DNA of 50,703 bases from a candidate division WWE3 bacterium (lineage in GTDB: Bacteria > Patescibacteriota > WWE3 > UBA101185 > UBA10185): the NCBI GenBank assembly GCA_012798115.1, contig JAAZNV010000005.1:1-50703 (forward strand). Direction: 5' to 3'. Within the stretch, counting starts at the first letter, position 1. Each line of letters starts with the position of its first letter. Shown here piece after piece: positions 1 to 10,162 of this stretch. The notes below the pieces were generated by a model. It was not told the DNA's origin and did not search any database. It worked only from the letters and a program-made list of their open reading frames with translations. Made by a program: the position numbers and the translations under genes.

Positions 1-91
1 GGGATTGATCTAACTATTTGAATTATTCTATCTTTAAACTTTGACATGCAGGGTTATTATATGAATGTTAAAATAGCAATGCAAAACCTTT

Positions 92-182
92 GGAGGGGTA
101 TCGAAGTGGTCATAACGAGCTGGTCTCGAAAACCAAGCGTTACGCAAGTAGCACGTGGGTTCAAATCCCACCCCCTCCGCCA
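92..182 (+). tRNA. tRNA-Ser(CGA)
   Basis: GGAGGGG/CCCCTCC acceptor stem, loop CT-CGA-AA, long variable arm, GGTTCAAATCC T-arm, encoded CCA. Confidence 0.95.
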
Positions 183-189
183 ATAAATT

Positions 190-741
190 ATGCAAAGTTT
201 TAATAATCTTAAGAAGGAAATACTAAGTGTCTTAAAGAACTCACCTCTTGCTTTTGAAGTTAAGCACGCTCAGCTCGTTCATAAATGGGTACTTGAGCTA
301 AAGCCTGATGCAGACGAGCCATTACAAATAGCTGCATTAGCCCACGATATTGATAGAGCAGTTACAGGGATTACAGAAAAAGATTTGAAAGACTTTTCAA
401 AATTAAATGGGTTTAAGAAAGAGCATGCACAAAGATCAGCTAAACTTATATCAGACATTTTAAAGAAACATGATTACCCAGATACTATTGTTGATAAAGT
501 AAAATTCTTAGTAGCTAATCACGAAGAAGGTGGTGATAACGAATCAGATGTTCTAAGGGATGCAGATAGTTTAGCCTTCTTTGAATATAACATCCCTTCG
601 TATATGGAACGTAACAGTCTAGATCGAACAAAAGAGAAAATGAAATTCATGTTTAATAGAATGTCTTCTAAAGCAAAGAAGAAAATTAAAAACATTGATT
701 ATAAAAATATAGAGATTAGAAAGTTGGTAGATAGGCTATAA
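190..741 (+). CDS. HD-domain protein (DUF4202-like)
   Basis: H...AHDIDR...HAQRSA...HE...DADSLAFF motif pattern. Confidence 0.7.
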   Translation: MQSFNNLKKEILSVLKNSPLAFEVKHAQLVHKWVLELKPDADEPLQIAALAHDIDRAVTGITEKDLKDFSKLNGFKKEHAQRSAKLISDILKKHDYPDTIVDKVKFLVANHEEGGDNESDVLRDADSLAFFEYNIPSYMERNSLDRTKEKMKFMFNRMSSKAKKKIKNIDYKNIEIRKLVDRL

Positions 742-1812
742 GTGCCTCTTATTCTTTTTGTCTAACTCTATTTCTTTAATCAAATCAGATACTTCTCTTA
801 CCTTGTCCTTTGGAACAACTAAAAGTACATCTTTTGTATTAACAACAATAAATCCATCTAATCCCACTGTAGCAAGAAGTTTTGATTTTTCATCATTTAT
901 TAAAAGAGAATCTTTTGTTTCTAGAGAAGATACATTCCCTTTAACTAAATTGTCTTCTTTCTTTTTAATTAAAGCTTCTTTTAATGCATATAACGTTCCT
1001 GGATCTGACCACTCTCCAAGATCTGCTTTAACCACCACGGCCTGCTCGCTTGATACCCTTTCTGCAATAGCATTATCAAAATGTATTTTTTCTAACGTTG
1101 GATATATACTCCTAAGTGTGCTTAGTTCTTTCTTTGTTCCAATGCTTCTTTCTATACTTACTAAATCCTTATGCATTTTTGGTTGATATTTCTCGTAAAG
1201 AGATAAAGCAAAATCTAAGTCCATAATAAAATAACCAGAATTCCATAACCATTCTCCAGATTCAAACATCTTAGTACATACATCTAATTGAGGTTTATAC
1301 ATCCATTCAATAAACTTATATGCTCCTGGTTCGATTATCTTTCCTGTATGTATCCACCCAAGATTATTATTTGCAAATCTTGGTTTAACACCTACAAAAA
1401 CTATTCTATTTGGGTTTTCCTTTACTAGTCTTTCTCCTGTCTTTAGCACCTTGACAAAGTTTTCTTCGTTCTTAATCAAGTGGTCAGCCCAAAGTATGGC
1501 AACAGGCCCTTTATATCCTTGTTTTCTAAGTCTTACTAAGTTATATCCAATGGCAGGAGCTACATTTCTTAAACATGGTTCACCAATAATGTTTTTTCTT
1601 GAAAGTTTAGGGAAGTATTTCTTAACCATAGGAACGTAAGTATTAAGTGTGCTTATATATATGTTGTTTAGTCCAAATGTTTTTACTCTTCTTACAGCCA
1701 GTTCAATAGTTGACTTGCCATTAAACATTTTAATAAATTGTTTTGGAAATGATTTACGAGATAAAGGCCAAAGTCTAGTTCCTACTCCACCTGCAAATAT
1801 TATAATTTTCAT
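736..1812 (-). CDS. manC: mannose-1-phosphate guanylyltransferase (no PMI domain)
   Basis: AGGVGTRLWPLSRKSFPKQF, EPCLRNVAPAI, ADH, WNSG and WSDPG motifs. Confidence 0.9.
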   Translation of the reverse strand: MKIIIFAGGVGTRLWPLSRKSFPKQFIKMFNGKSTIELAVRRVKTFGLNNIYISTLNTYVPMVKKYFPKLSRKNIIGEPCLRNVAPAIGYNLVRLRKQGYKGPVAILWADHLIKNEENFVKVLKTGERLVKENPNRIVFVGVKPRFANNNLGWIHTGKIIEPGAYKFIEWMYKPQLDVCTKMFESGEWLWNSGYFIMDLDFALSLYEKYQPKMHKDLVSIERSIGTKKELSTLRSIYPTLEKIHFDNAIAERVSSEQAVVVKADLGEWSDPGTLYALKEALIKKKEDNLVKGNVSSLETKDSLLINDEKSKLLATVGLDGFIVVNTKDVLLVVPKDKVREVSDLIKEIELDKKNKRHL

Positions 1813-1863
1813 ATCTCATTTTATCATTTTTGATGTATTCACATGGTAAAATCTATGTATCTT

Positions 1864-1953
1864 GGAGGGATCGCATAGTGGTCTAGTGCGCAGTCCTGGA
1901 AAGACTGTATAGAAGTAATTCTATCGGGGGTTCAAATCCCCCTCCCTCCGCCA
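1864..1953 (+). tRNA. tRNA-Ser(GGA)
   Basis: CAGTC-CTGGAAA-GACTG anticodon arm, long variable arm, T-arm, CCA. Confidence 0.95.
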
Positions 1954-1965
1954 TATAGAGATTTG

Positions 1966-2025
1966 TTGTTATGAAGGGCTATTTCAAATTCCAAGGTATA
2001 TTTAATGTGTAGTGTGTTAAATTAA
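1966..2025 (+). repeat. left imperfect inverted repeat of the RIO-kinase unit, containing a dif-like 28-mer at 1995-2022
   Basis: TTGTTATGAAG (1966-1976) and TGTAGTGTgttAAATTAA (from 2008) mirror 2767-2796. Confidence 0.5.
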
Positions 2026-2759
2026 TTAAAGTTTGGGTTTCTACCATAAATCACAAAGTCGTCTAGTATGTGTTTTAAAGATTCATACACTTCCGTTTCG
2101 TTTATCTCAATGTACTTTGAAAAATATTTGCACACATTATTAACATCTCTCAGGAGTAGGCTCTCAGCATTGGTGTTTTCTTTTACATCTATGCTTTGGG
2201 GGAAATCTATTATATATGGTTTTTCTTTCCACCAAAGAATATTAAACTCCGATAAATCTGCATGAACAACACCTACATCAAGAAACTTTTTCATGTTTTC
2301 AACAATTAGCTCAAAGGTCGTTTGTGCTTGTGAAGCATTTAGTATTGCATCTTTTAACTTTGGCGCGGTTTTAGCTTCATTTCCAATAAACTCCATTAAA
2401 ATAGCAGTTTTTACTGAAGCTATTGGTTTTGGGATACTACACCCTTTTGAAAACAATCTATTCAACATTACGTATTCCCTCTTTACCCAACCCTCATGAA
2501 TAAAATCTTTACCAACTTTTGTTTTTTTCATTGTGGCTTTTCTTAAACTAGGTTTCTTGATGTATTTACCTGCAATATAACCTTTGTTGTCGGTAAATGC
2601 TCTAGTGTTGTAATCCTTATAAACCTTTAGCGCTGTAAGTTCATTATTTAAATAAGCTTTGTAAACAATAGCCTCTTTACCTGTCTTAACAATATCCCCA
2701 ACAGTTATAGTTATTTCCTTTTCACCAAAACTAGCAATTATTTCTTGAAGATCTTCCAT
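2022..2759 (-). CDS. RIO1-family serine/threonine kinase
   Basis: KTGKEAIVY, ALKVYK, VHADLSEFNILW, IIDFPQS. Confidence 0.92.
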   Translation of the reverse strand: MEDLQEIIASFGEKEITITVGDIVKTGKEAIVYKAYLNNELTALKVYKDYNTRAFTDNKGYIAGKYIKKPSLRKATMKKTKVGKDFIHEGWVKREYVMLNRLFSKGCSIPKPIASVKTAILMEFIGNEAKTAPKLKDAILNASQAQTTFELIVENMKKFLDVGVVHADLSEFNILWWKEKPYIIDFPQSIDVKENTNAESLLLRDVNNVCKYFSKYIEINETEVYESLKHILDDFVIYGRNPNFN

Positions 2760-2766
2760 GCTCCCC

Positions 2767-2796
2767 TTAATTTTACACTACAAGGCTTCATAACAA
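2767..2796 (-). repeat. right inverted repeat of the RIO-kinase unit, containing ACACTACAAGG
   Basis: TTAATTTTACACTACAAGGCTTCATAACAA; its reverse complement matches the two blocks at 1966-2025. Confidence 0.5.
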
Positions 2797-3142
2797 GTAA
2801 TATACAGACGTTTTGGCGAAAGAGGTTCTAGTTATCGTCCCATCCCTTCGTCACAGATTAGCTTTGGAACCGTATTTAAATCTAATTATTTATCCTTTGT
2901 GAACAGAGCTTCTTTCTGGGTCTTCTCTTTCAGAAACTAAGTTATGAGAGATGAGGAAGAAATGTAGTTATTAACGTAAAAAGTGTATAGATGAGCACTG
3001 CTGTGATAGTTTCACTATCCAAGATCAAGCACGGAAGTTCATAGAAGGTTAAAGCCAGACGTTCGTCTTGGTGGATGGTTTTGCTTGTTTATTTCTCCCA
3101 AAAGCTAAATAAGCTAAGTGCTTAAGTTGCTATAATGTTAAA

Positions 3143-3685
3143 GTGCTTACAGCTTTTCTATACCTCATATCAATAGTTCTTTGTTTTATTCCCATTGTGT
3201 TTATACTTGATGTTATGTTATCTGGAAAATCTCCATTAGTAACTACCCCTACTCATGCTCGTCAATATTTAAAAGATAACCTTAACTTAAATGAAAATAG
3301 TATCTTTTATGACTTGGGATGTGGAACAAGCTCTCTTTTGATCAAACTTTCTTCTTCTTTTCCTAGGTCAAAAATCGTTGGAGTTGATAATTCTCCTTTC
3401 TCCTATTTAATTTCAAAAATTAGAATACTACTAAATAGATCTAGAAACATTTCTATTGAATATAAAGATTTTTTTAATGTCAATCTTTCACAAGCTACGC
3501 ATATTTATCTTTGGATATATGTAAAAGATATGGACAAGCTCCTAGATAAATTCAAAAGTGAACTTAATACTGGCACTTTAGTTTATTCGTTAGATTTCCC
3601 TTTTTCTTACAAAGAGCCTGTTGAAAGAATTAACCTTGGAGAAACACATAAGTTTGGGCATACCCTCTATATTTATAAGTTTTAG
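3143..3685 (+). CDS. class I SAM-dependent methyltransferase with N-terminal TM helix
   Basis: FYDLGCGT motif I, GVDNS motif II, hydrophobic N-terminus. Confidence 0.85.
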   Translation: MLTAFLYLISIVLCFIPIVFILDVMLSGKSPLVTTPTHARQYLKDNLNLNENSIFYDLGCGTSSLLIKLSSSFPRSKIVGVDNSPFSYLISKIRILLNRSRNISIEYKDFFNVNLSQATHIYLWIYVKDMDKLLDKFKSELNTGTLVYSLDFPFSYKEPVERINLGETHKFGHTLYIYKF

Positions 3686-3744
3686 TACTAAAATTGATTA
3701 GCTTAGTTTTGTAAATACACTGAAACTGTGCTATATAATGCTCA

Positions 3745-5511
3745 ATGGATCAAGTAGCAGAAATAAAACAAAAACTTGATATTGTAGATGTAATAAATAG
3801 TTATGTGACACTTAAAAAGTCTGGCAGAAATTACAAAGCTGTATGCCCTTTTCATAATGAAAAAACCCCTTCTTTTATGGTTTCTCAAGAGCTTCAAATA
3901 TATAAATGCTTTGGGTGTGGAGTTGCTGGAGATGTCTTTAACTTTGTTGAGTCTATTGAAGGTGTAGATTTTCCAAGAGCTTTAGAAATATTAGCAGGTA
4001 GAGCTGGAGTCAAGCTAATAAGATCAGAAAACATAGATACCCAATCTTTAATTAAAAAGACCATTTATTCTATAAATGAGTTGTCGACCCAGTTTTATCA
4101 ATACGTGCTTCTTAAGCAAAAAACAGGAGAAAAAGCCTTAGCTTATTTAACAAAAGAGAGAAAGCTCAAAGAAGAAACAATAAAGGAATTTAGAATTGGT
4201 TATGCTCCTGATTCATGGGATACATTGTATAAGTTCTTAATAAGTAAAAAGATAAAGGTAGAAGATATGATTAATGCAGGAGTAGTAGTTAAGAAGTTAA
4301 GTAGTGATGGTTATGTTGATAAGTTTAGAGGAAGGGTAATGTTTCCTTTGGTGGGAGTTGATGAAAGAATAGTTGGTTTTACAGGTAGAACCTTATTCAA
4401 TAGAGATCCAAAGTACTTGAATACTGGAGACAGCCCTGTTTTTCATAAATCATTCTTTTTATATGGACTAAATAAAAGCAGGATTTCTATAAAAAAAGAA
4501 GGAGCATTGTTTGTTGAAGGACAGATGGATTTGATTTCTGCCTACCAAAATGGGATTAAGAATACTGTTTGTGTTTCTGGAACAGCCTTAACAGATAATC
4601 AACTAGTAATCCTATCTAGATATACTCAAGACGTTAATTTTTGTTTTGATTCTGACTTTGCTGGTGTTGAAGCTTCTTACAGGGCAATAGAAATGGCAGA
4701 AAGAAGGAACTTTAATGTGAAAGTTGTAGTTCTACCTGACAAGTATAAAGACATTGATGAGTTCTTAAAGGTAGATAAAGAAGGAGCTCAGAAACTTATA
4801 AAAAATGCAGTTCCTGTATATGATTACTTCTTAGCTACCACTCTAAGGAGACATAATAAAACTACAGCATTAGGAAAGAAAGCTATAGCAGAAGAACTAA
4901 TCCCTTTGTTTTCTAAAATATCTAATCAAGTGCTTCTTGATCATTATGCTAAAAAGTTAGCATTGGAACTAGATCTTTCTGAAGATACTATATTTTCAAT
5001 GATTAAGAAAAGGAGTATTAAAGACTATGATTACGAAGAAATAGAAGAAGCTGATCAGAAATTACCTGTTGAAAAGCAACAAACAGAAGGCTACTTAATA
5101 TCTTTGGTTTTAAAGTCTCCATTAGACTTAGCCAAACAATATGTTAAAAGGCTAAAGAAAACTGATTTCTTGAATGAGGAGCTAGGTGAGATATTTGAAG
5201 AAATTTGTGATTGTCTTGAAGATAGAAAGACTGACATAAAGATAAAAACATTAGTAAATAGGTTTGATGAAAGGAAAGGAAACATAATTACAGAGCTTTA
5301 TATGTGGGATCTGGAAGGAAAGGATGGGTTTGAAGAAGGAGATCTCGAGAAAGAGCTGAATGTACTAACCGATAGGGTCAAAAAGGCATCTACTAGAAGG
5401 CAGTTGAAAAACTTGACTAGTGAGATTAAAATAGCCGAAACTAAGAAGGATGAGGAGGAGGTAGAAAGGCTTTCTAAAAAGTTTGAAAAGTTGTCAAAGA
5501 GTCTTTTGTAG
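3745..5511 (+). CDS. dnaG: DNA primase
   Basis: CPFH...CFGC zinc finger, KYLNT, TOPRIM VEGQMD and FDSDFAG. Confidence 0.98.
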   Translation: MDQVAEIKQKLDIVDVINSYVTLKKSGRNYKAVCPFHNEKTPSFMVSQELQIYKCFGCGVAGDVFNFVESIEGVDFPRALEILAGRAGVKLIRSENIDTQSLIKKTIYSINELSTQFYQYVLLKQKTGEKALAYLTKERKLKEETIKEFRIGYAPDSWDTLYKFLISKKIKVEDMINAGVVVKKLSSDGYVDKFRGRVMFPLVGVDERIVGFTGRTLFNRDPKYLNTGDSPVFHKSFFLYGLNKSRISIKKEGALFVEGQMDLISAYQNGIKNTVCVSGTALTDNQLVILSRYTQDVNFCFDSDFAGVEASYRAIEMAERRNFNVKVVVLPDKYKDIDEFLKVDKEGAQKLIKNAVPVYDYFLATTLRRHNKTTALGKKAIAEELIPLFSKISNQVLLDHYAKKLALELDLSEDTIFSMIKKRSIKDYDYEEIEEADQKLPVEKQQTEGYLISLVLKSPLDLAKQYVKRLKKTDFLNEELGEIFEEICDCLEDRKTDIKIKTLVNRFDERKGNIITELYMWDLEGKDGFEEGDLEKELNVLTDRVKKASTRRQLKNLTSEIKIAETKKDEEEVERLSKKFEKLSKSLL

Positions 5512-5552
5512 AGTATAAATTTTTTGTATATTTAATTCCCTTTTTAATTATT

Positions 5553-6914
5553 ATGCCAAAGAAAAAGAAAAATATTTCTAAAAGAGAATCTTCCAAGAAG
5601 AAGGTTAAAAAAGTTATAAAAAAGGTTAAGAAACAAGAAGAAAAGAAAAAGAAGAAAACAACTAAGAAGGTTGTTAAGAAAGTTGCAAGGAAAGAAGAAA
5701 AGAAGAAAAAAGTAAAAGCTAAAGCTTTAAAGAAAGAAAAAGTACCAAGAATAGGAAATAAACCTGCTGTTGAGAAGGTAGTAAATATATTTGAAGATGA
5801 GATTGGTGAATCACCAAAAGAAAAGAAAGAAAAAAGATTAAAAATAGATACTAGAGAACTTGGTATTAAGAAACTTGTCAAAAAAGGTAAGAAGCAAGGT
5901 TACTTAACGCTTGATGACATTTTGGTTTTGTTTCCTAATGCGGAAGATGATTTAGAAACCTTAGACTTCCTTTATGAAAAGCTTCTTGAAGCTGGGATAG
6001 ATGTATTTGATATGGAGTCTGAAAAAGAAGCTGAGAAGCTTGCTAAGCTTGAAGAAATAGATTTAACAAAGATTAAACTTGATAAGACAACTACATCAGA
6101 TCCAGTAAGGATGTATTTAAAAGAGATAGGTAGCTATAACTTATTAACAAAAGAAGAAGAAGTTGAACTTGCAAAAAGAGTTGAGAAGAATGATGAAGAA
6201 GCTAAAACAAAGCTTGCTAGAGCTAATCTTAGACTTGTTGTTTCTATTGCTAAGAAATACATGGGGAGAGGCCTTCAGTTTTTGGATTTAATTCAAGAAG
6301 GAAATATTGGTTTGATGAGAGCTGTTGATAAGTTTGACTGGAAAAGAGGTTTTAAGTTTTCAACTTATGCTACTTGGTGGATAAGACAAGCAATAACAAG
6401 AGCAATTGCAGATCAAGCTAAAACTATTAGAATTCCAGTTCATATGGTTGAAACAATAAACAAATACAAGAAGATTGAAAGACAACTTGAACAAAAATTA
6501 GAAAGGACCCCAACTCCAGAGGAAGTTGCAAAAATTATGGGCATAGAACCTGAAAAAGCTCATGAAATTGTTAAAATATCCCAGAATACTACGTCATTAG
6601 AAACTCCTGTAGGTAAGGAAGAAGATACAAGATTAAAAGAGTTTATTGAGGATGAAGCAACTTTATCTCCATTTGAATCTGCAAGTAGAGAGTTGTTGAA
6701 AGATCATATTGGAGATGTTCTTCACACTTTAAATGCTAGGGAAAAAAGAGTGTTGGAATTAAGATTTGGCTTAAAAGATGGAAGAACAAGAACTCTTGAA
6801 GAAGTAGGTAAGGAATTTGGAGTTACTAGGGAAAGAATTAGACAAATAGAAGCTAAAGCTCTAAGAAAATTAAGACATCCATCAAGAAGCAAAAGACTAA
6901 GAGATTATCTTTGA
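5553..6914 (+). CDS. rpoD: primary sigma factor with Lys-rich N-terminal extension
   Basis: [69 protein letters not shown]; follows dnaG. Confidence 0.98.
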   Translation: MPKKKKNISKRESSKKKVKKVIKKVKKQEEKKKKKTTKKVVKKVARKEEKKKKVKAKALKKEKVPRIGNKPAVEKVVNIFEDEIGESPKEKKEKRLKIDTRELGIKKLVKKGKKQGYLTLDDILVLFPNAEDDLETLDFLYEKLLEAGIDVFDMESEKEAEKLAKLEEIDLTKIKLDKTTTSDPVRMYLKEIGSYNLLTKEEEVELAKRVEKNDEEAKTKLARANLRLVVSIAKKYMGRGLQFLDLIQEGNIGLMRAVDKFDWKRGFKFSTYATWWIRQAITRAIADQAKTIRIPVHMVETINKYKKIERQLEQKLERTPTPEEVAKIMGIEPEKAHEIVKISQNTTSLETPVGKEEDTRLKEFIEDEATLSPFESASRELLKDHIGDVLHTLNAREKRVLELRFGLKDGRTRTLEEVGKEFGVTRERIRQIEAKALRKLRHPSRSKRLRDYL

Positions 6915-6924
6915 AGAATTAACC

Positions 6925-7482
6925 GTGAGACTAAAAAGAGATTATTACATGCAAAGTGCTTTAAAGATAGCACCAAGCCTTTTAGGGAAGGTACTGGTCA
7001 GAAAATATCCTGATGGAAGAATTATTAGATATACCATTACCGAGACTGAAGCTTATTGTGGGGAAAAAGATAAAGCTTGTCATTCTTTTAAAGGCAAAAC
7101 CCCAAGAACAAGAATAATGTATGAGGATGGTGGTTTGGTTTATGCCTTTTTTATATATGGTATGTACTGGATGTTGGCGATTGAAGTGAACTCAAAAGAT
7201 AAGCCAGAAGCTGTGTTTATTAGGTCTTTGGAGGGGATTAGTGGTCCTGGTAGGGTGGGAAAAATACTTGAGATTGACAAGAGTTTCTACGGAGAAGATT
7301 TAACGACCAGCCAAAAGATTTGGATAGAAGATTTTCCTAGAAAAGAAGGAAAAATAGTAAGAGGCAAACGAGTTGGAGTTGATTATGCTGGTGAGTATGC
7401 TGAAAAGCTATGGAGGTTTGTACTTTTGACTAAGCCTAAAGTACCAAACAAAATTGGTAAAAAACCTCTGAAAACGCTATAA
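6925..7482 (+). CDS. mpg: 3-methyladenine DNA glycosylase (MPG/AAG family)
   Basis: LLGKVLV, ITETEAY, DKACH, IYGMY, GPG, RVGV, WRF. Confidence 0.9.
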   Translation: MRLKRDYYMQSALKIAPSLLGKVLVRKYPDGRIIRYTITETEAYCGEKDKACHSFKGKTPRTRIMYEDGGLVYAFFIYGMYWMLAIEVNSKDKPEAVFIRSLEGISGPGRVGKILEIDKSFYGEDLTTSQKIWIEDFPRKEGKIVRGKRVGVDYAGEYAEKLWRFVLLTKPKVPNKIGKKPLKTL

Positions 7483-7492
7483 TCCATATGAT

Positions 7493-9370
7493 ATGGAAGG
7501 CAATATAATTTTAGGTAAAGGTGAAAATACCTTGTCAGAACAAGAAGAAGACAAAATAAGTATGGAAGAAGAATCAAAGCCAGAAGAATACCTGGATGTT
7601 GTAGATATGGGAAAAGTGGATGTTGGAGACAAAAAGGAAGAAACTTCTGCTAAGGAAGTTGTTGAGATTAAGAAAGGTTTTGAAGAGACTAGAGAACTTA
7701 AAATCTCTGGAAAGAATTTATCCAAACCATTTGATGATTATATTAAGAGATTTAAAGAAGCAGTGGTTGAAGAAAATAAGTATGCTTCAAATCCTGTATA
7801 TGTAGACGAAATAGCATCAAAGGTTGCTGTAGTTTATGAAAAAGTTAGAAAAGTTATTGATTGGAAGGAAGAACATCTGCTTAAAAGATCTGCAGTAGAA
7901 AGGATTCTAAAGAGAAGGTTAGTTTCAAAGATTTATGGGATAAATATACTTCCAGATATTAATCCAGAAGAAATAGCAGAACCTTTTGTTCAGGAACTAA
8001 TTAGAAGCGGTTATTTTCCAAATGGAAAGATAGGAAGGGAGAAGATAGTAGATATTCAAAGACTCTTGGAAAAGTACTTGTACATATTGAAAAGTGAACC
8101 AGTAAAAGCAGAGGATGTTTCAAGTGGAAAGTCTAAGAAAGAAATAAAAGCTGGAGCAAAAAAGAAGATAAATTTTTATGATTGGATTATAGGGATAGCT
8201 TCATGTGAGGTGGAAGAAATATTAGACCCCCCTTTGAGAGAAGACGCTCTAATAGATTTTATGACAGAGTGTTTATGTGACAGAATAAAGATTGTCCCAG
8301 ATGGAAAGATATCTAATGAAGAAAAATATATTCAAACATATGTTGCTGTTCATAGAACTTTATATAGTTTGGATGAGCCTATTATTAACTTTCATTTACT
8401 TAGATATAAGTATCCTCAGTTTTTTAAATCGAATAACTATACACAAGAGTTTACAGAGAACGCTCTGAAAATATGGGAAGAAATAAATGGATATTTAAAT
8501 CATCCTAAAGCTTCTGAGTTTTATGCTGTAGCAGAGAAGTATGATGCTGCTTATCTTATGGTTGGTGATTCAATGAATAAGTTGGAAAAATCCCTTGATA
8601 CTGTAGATGAGAAGGTTTCAGAGCCGCATATATTTTTATCTCTTGTTGAAAAATCCTATAAGGAAAGGTTAACAACTTTAAAGAGAAGGTTGTTAAATTT
8701 GGCTATATTTTCAACACTTTCTATATTCGTTGCTGGGGGAGCAAGCTTAATTATATTTGAGCTACCTATTGCCAAGCTTGTCCATGGTAGGTTTTATCCG
8801 TGGGCAATTGTTGCAGATATGGGCATTCCAACTGCCTTAATGTTTATTCTTGTTTGGATGATAAAGCCTCCGTCTGATGATAATTTGGATGTAGTAAAAG
8901 ATGAGGTGGATAAGGTTTCATATGTGAAAGAAGAACTTGATGTTTATGAAATTAGATTAAATAAAAAAATGAAGAAGTACCTAAATTTTATGTTTGCGTT
9001 TATTTATTTAACTGGTGGTATGGCTTCTCTTTATTTTATATATTGGGTATTTAAGATTGCTGGTGTTCCGTGGACTTCCTTGTATGTTGATACAGTAAAT
9101 GTTGCTATGGTAGTTTTTGCAGCCATGGTTATAAGACAAAGAGCTAAAGAACTAACCATAAAAGAGAAAGCAAATATTGTTGAATTTATATTAGATTTCT
9201 TTTCTATTCCTTTAGCTAAGATAGGTGCATGGTTTTCACAAAAATGGAAGGAATATAACGTTGTAAGTGCTTTCTTTACTGCTTTAATTGATTACCCTTT
9301 TTCAAGTTTCGTTGCAACAATAGAAGGTTGGAGGAATTTTATTAAGGAAAAAAAGTCAGAGATTCATTAA
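7493..9370 (+). CDS. hypothetical membrane protein (large soluble N-region, about 4 C-terminal TM helices)
   Basis: long ORF with core-like codon usage; hydrophobic segments in the last ~230 aa. Confidence 0.8.
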   Translation: MEGNIILGKGENTLSEQEEDKISMEEESKPEEYLDVVDMGKVDVGDKKEETSAKEVVEIKKGFEETRELKISGKNLSKPFDDYIKRFKEAVVEENKYASNPVYVDEIASKVAVVYEKVRKVIDWKEEHLLKRSAVERILKRRLVSKIYGINILPDINPEEIAEPFVQELIRSGYFPNGKIGREKIVDIQRLLEKYLYILKSEPVKAEDVSSGKSKKEIKAGAKKKINFYDWIIGIASCEVEEILDPPLREDALIDFMTECLCDRIKIVPDGKISNEEKYIQTYVAVHRTLYSLDEPIINFHLLRYKYPQFFKSNNYTQEFTENALKIWEEINGYLNHPKASEFYAVAEKYDAAYLMVGDSMNKLEKSLDTVDEKVSEPHIFLSLVEKSYKERLTTLKRRLLNLAIFSTLSIFVAGGASLIIFELPIAKLVHGRFYPWAIVADMGIPTALMFILVWMIKPPSDDNLDVVKDEVDKVSYVKEELDVYEIRLNKKMKKYLNFMFAFIYLTGGMASLYFIYWVFKIAGVPWTSLYVDTVNVAMVVFAAMVIRQRAKELTIKEKANIVEFILDFFSIPLAKIGAWFSQKWKEYNVVSAFFTALIDYPFSSFVATIEGWRNFIKEKKSEIH

Positions 9371-9403
9371 GTGCCTATCTTGATGTTTTTAGTGATAGGG
9401 TGA

Positions 9404-9562
9404 TTAGTTGCTTGGTGCTGACTTAGAAGGATTACCATGTTTCACCCATTGATTGTCATTTTTTATCCATGTATCCTCGTCCCCTCCAAGTACAAATCTT
9501 ATAACAAAAATTACAAGTAAAAAGATGATTGTTATTAGCAAAAAGAGTGTTTTTTTCTTCAT
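9404..9562 (-). CDS. 52-aa membrane-anchored small protein (not in ORF track)
   Basis: MKKKTLFLLITIIFLLVIFVIRFVLGGDEDTWIKNDNQWVKHGNPSKSAPSN; start overlaps the tspO stop (TAATG). Confidence 0.7.
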   Translation of the reverse strand: MKKKTLFLLITIIFLLVIFVIRFVLGGDEDTWIKNDNQWVKHGNPSKSAPSN

Positions 9563-10035
9563 TAATTTAGTAAAACTATGTATAAGTTAAGAATTGCTGC
9601 AAATGTTACCCATAAAATATAAGGGATAAGAAGAATTGCGGAAGGAGTATATATTTTGTGAAATGCTTTTATTGTATAAACAATTGCGCACCATAAAAAT
9701 ATTACGTCTATAAAAGCAAGAAGTGGGGATCTCAATCCAAAGAAAAGAATAGACCACAGCAAGTTAAGAAAAAGTTGAGCGTCATATATCCTTATTGCTC
9801 TATCTGAAGTTTCTTTATCCTGTGCCCTTTTGTTTACTAGGTATGCTGATATCGCCATCAAAATGAATAATATTGTCCAAGCTAAGGAAAATGCCCAATC
9901 CGGTGGGTTAAACATTGGTTTGTTTAAGGTGTTGTACCAACTTCTTACTGCTGGTGCAGTAACAGCTCCTCCTATTAAGGATACAAGCAAAACTTTAACC
10001 AAGTTAGAAATTATATGCTTTAGGTTTTTAAGCAT
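9562..10035 (-). CDS. tspO: TspO/MBR family membrane protein
   Basis: WYNTLNKPMFNPPDWAF, WSILFFG, LLIPYILWVTFA. Confidence 0.93.
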   Translation of the reverse strand: MLKNLKHIISNLVKVLLVSLIGGAVTAPAVRSWYNTLNKPMFNPPDWAFSLAWTILFILMAISAYLVNKRAQDKETSDRAIRIYDAQLFLNLLWSILFFGLRSPLLAFIDVIFLWCAIVYTIKAFHKIYTPSAILLIPYILWVTFAAILNLYIVLLN

Positions 10036-10162
10036 TCATTCTCATTATGCCATTGCAACTGATGCTAGTAAATGTTGCATAGGATCTATGTTGTTAGTCT
10101 GTTCATTAGACAACTAACTAATGCTTACTTAGAAAGTTTTCAAGTATTCTAATTTATAGGTT

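Noticed and set aside
2830-3090. c-di-GMP-I riboswitch-like words on the minus strand (GCAAAACCATCC ... GGATGGGACG)
   Set aside because: The two halves are over 200 nt apart and the GCAAAG/P2 elements are missing.
4861-4867. ACTACAG inside coding regions (also in alaS, groEL, virB4, dnaN)
   Set aside because: These are explained by Thr-Thr codons and lack the following G(G) and promoter context. They show that the 7-mer alone is not diagnostic.
5474-5881. Phe-rich 135-aa antisense ORF
   Set aside because: It mirrors the Lys-rich rpoD tract. The other antisense ORFs nested in long genes were rejected as shadows for the same reason.
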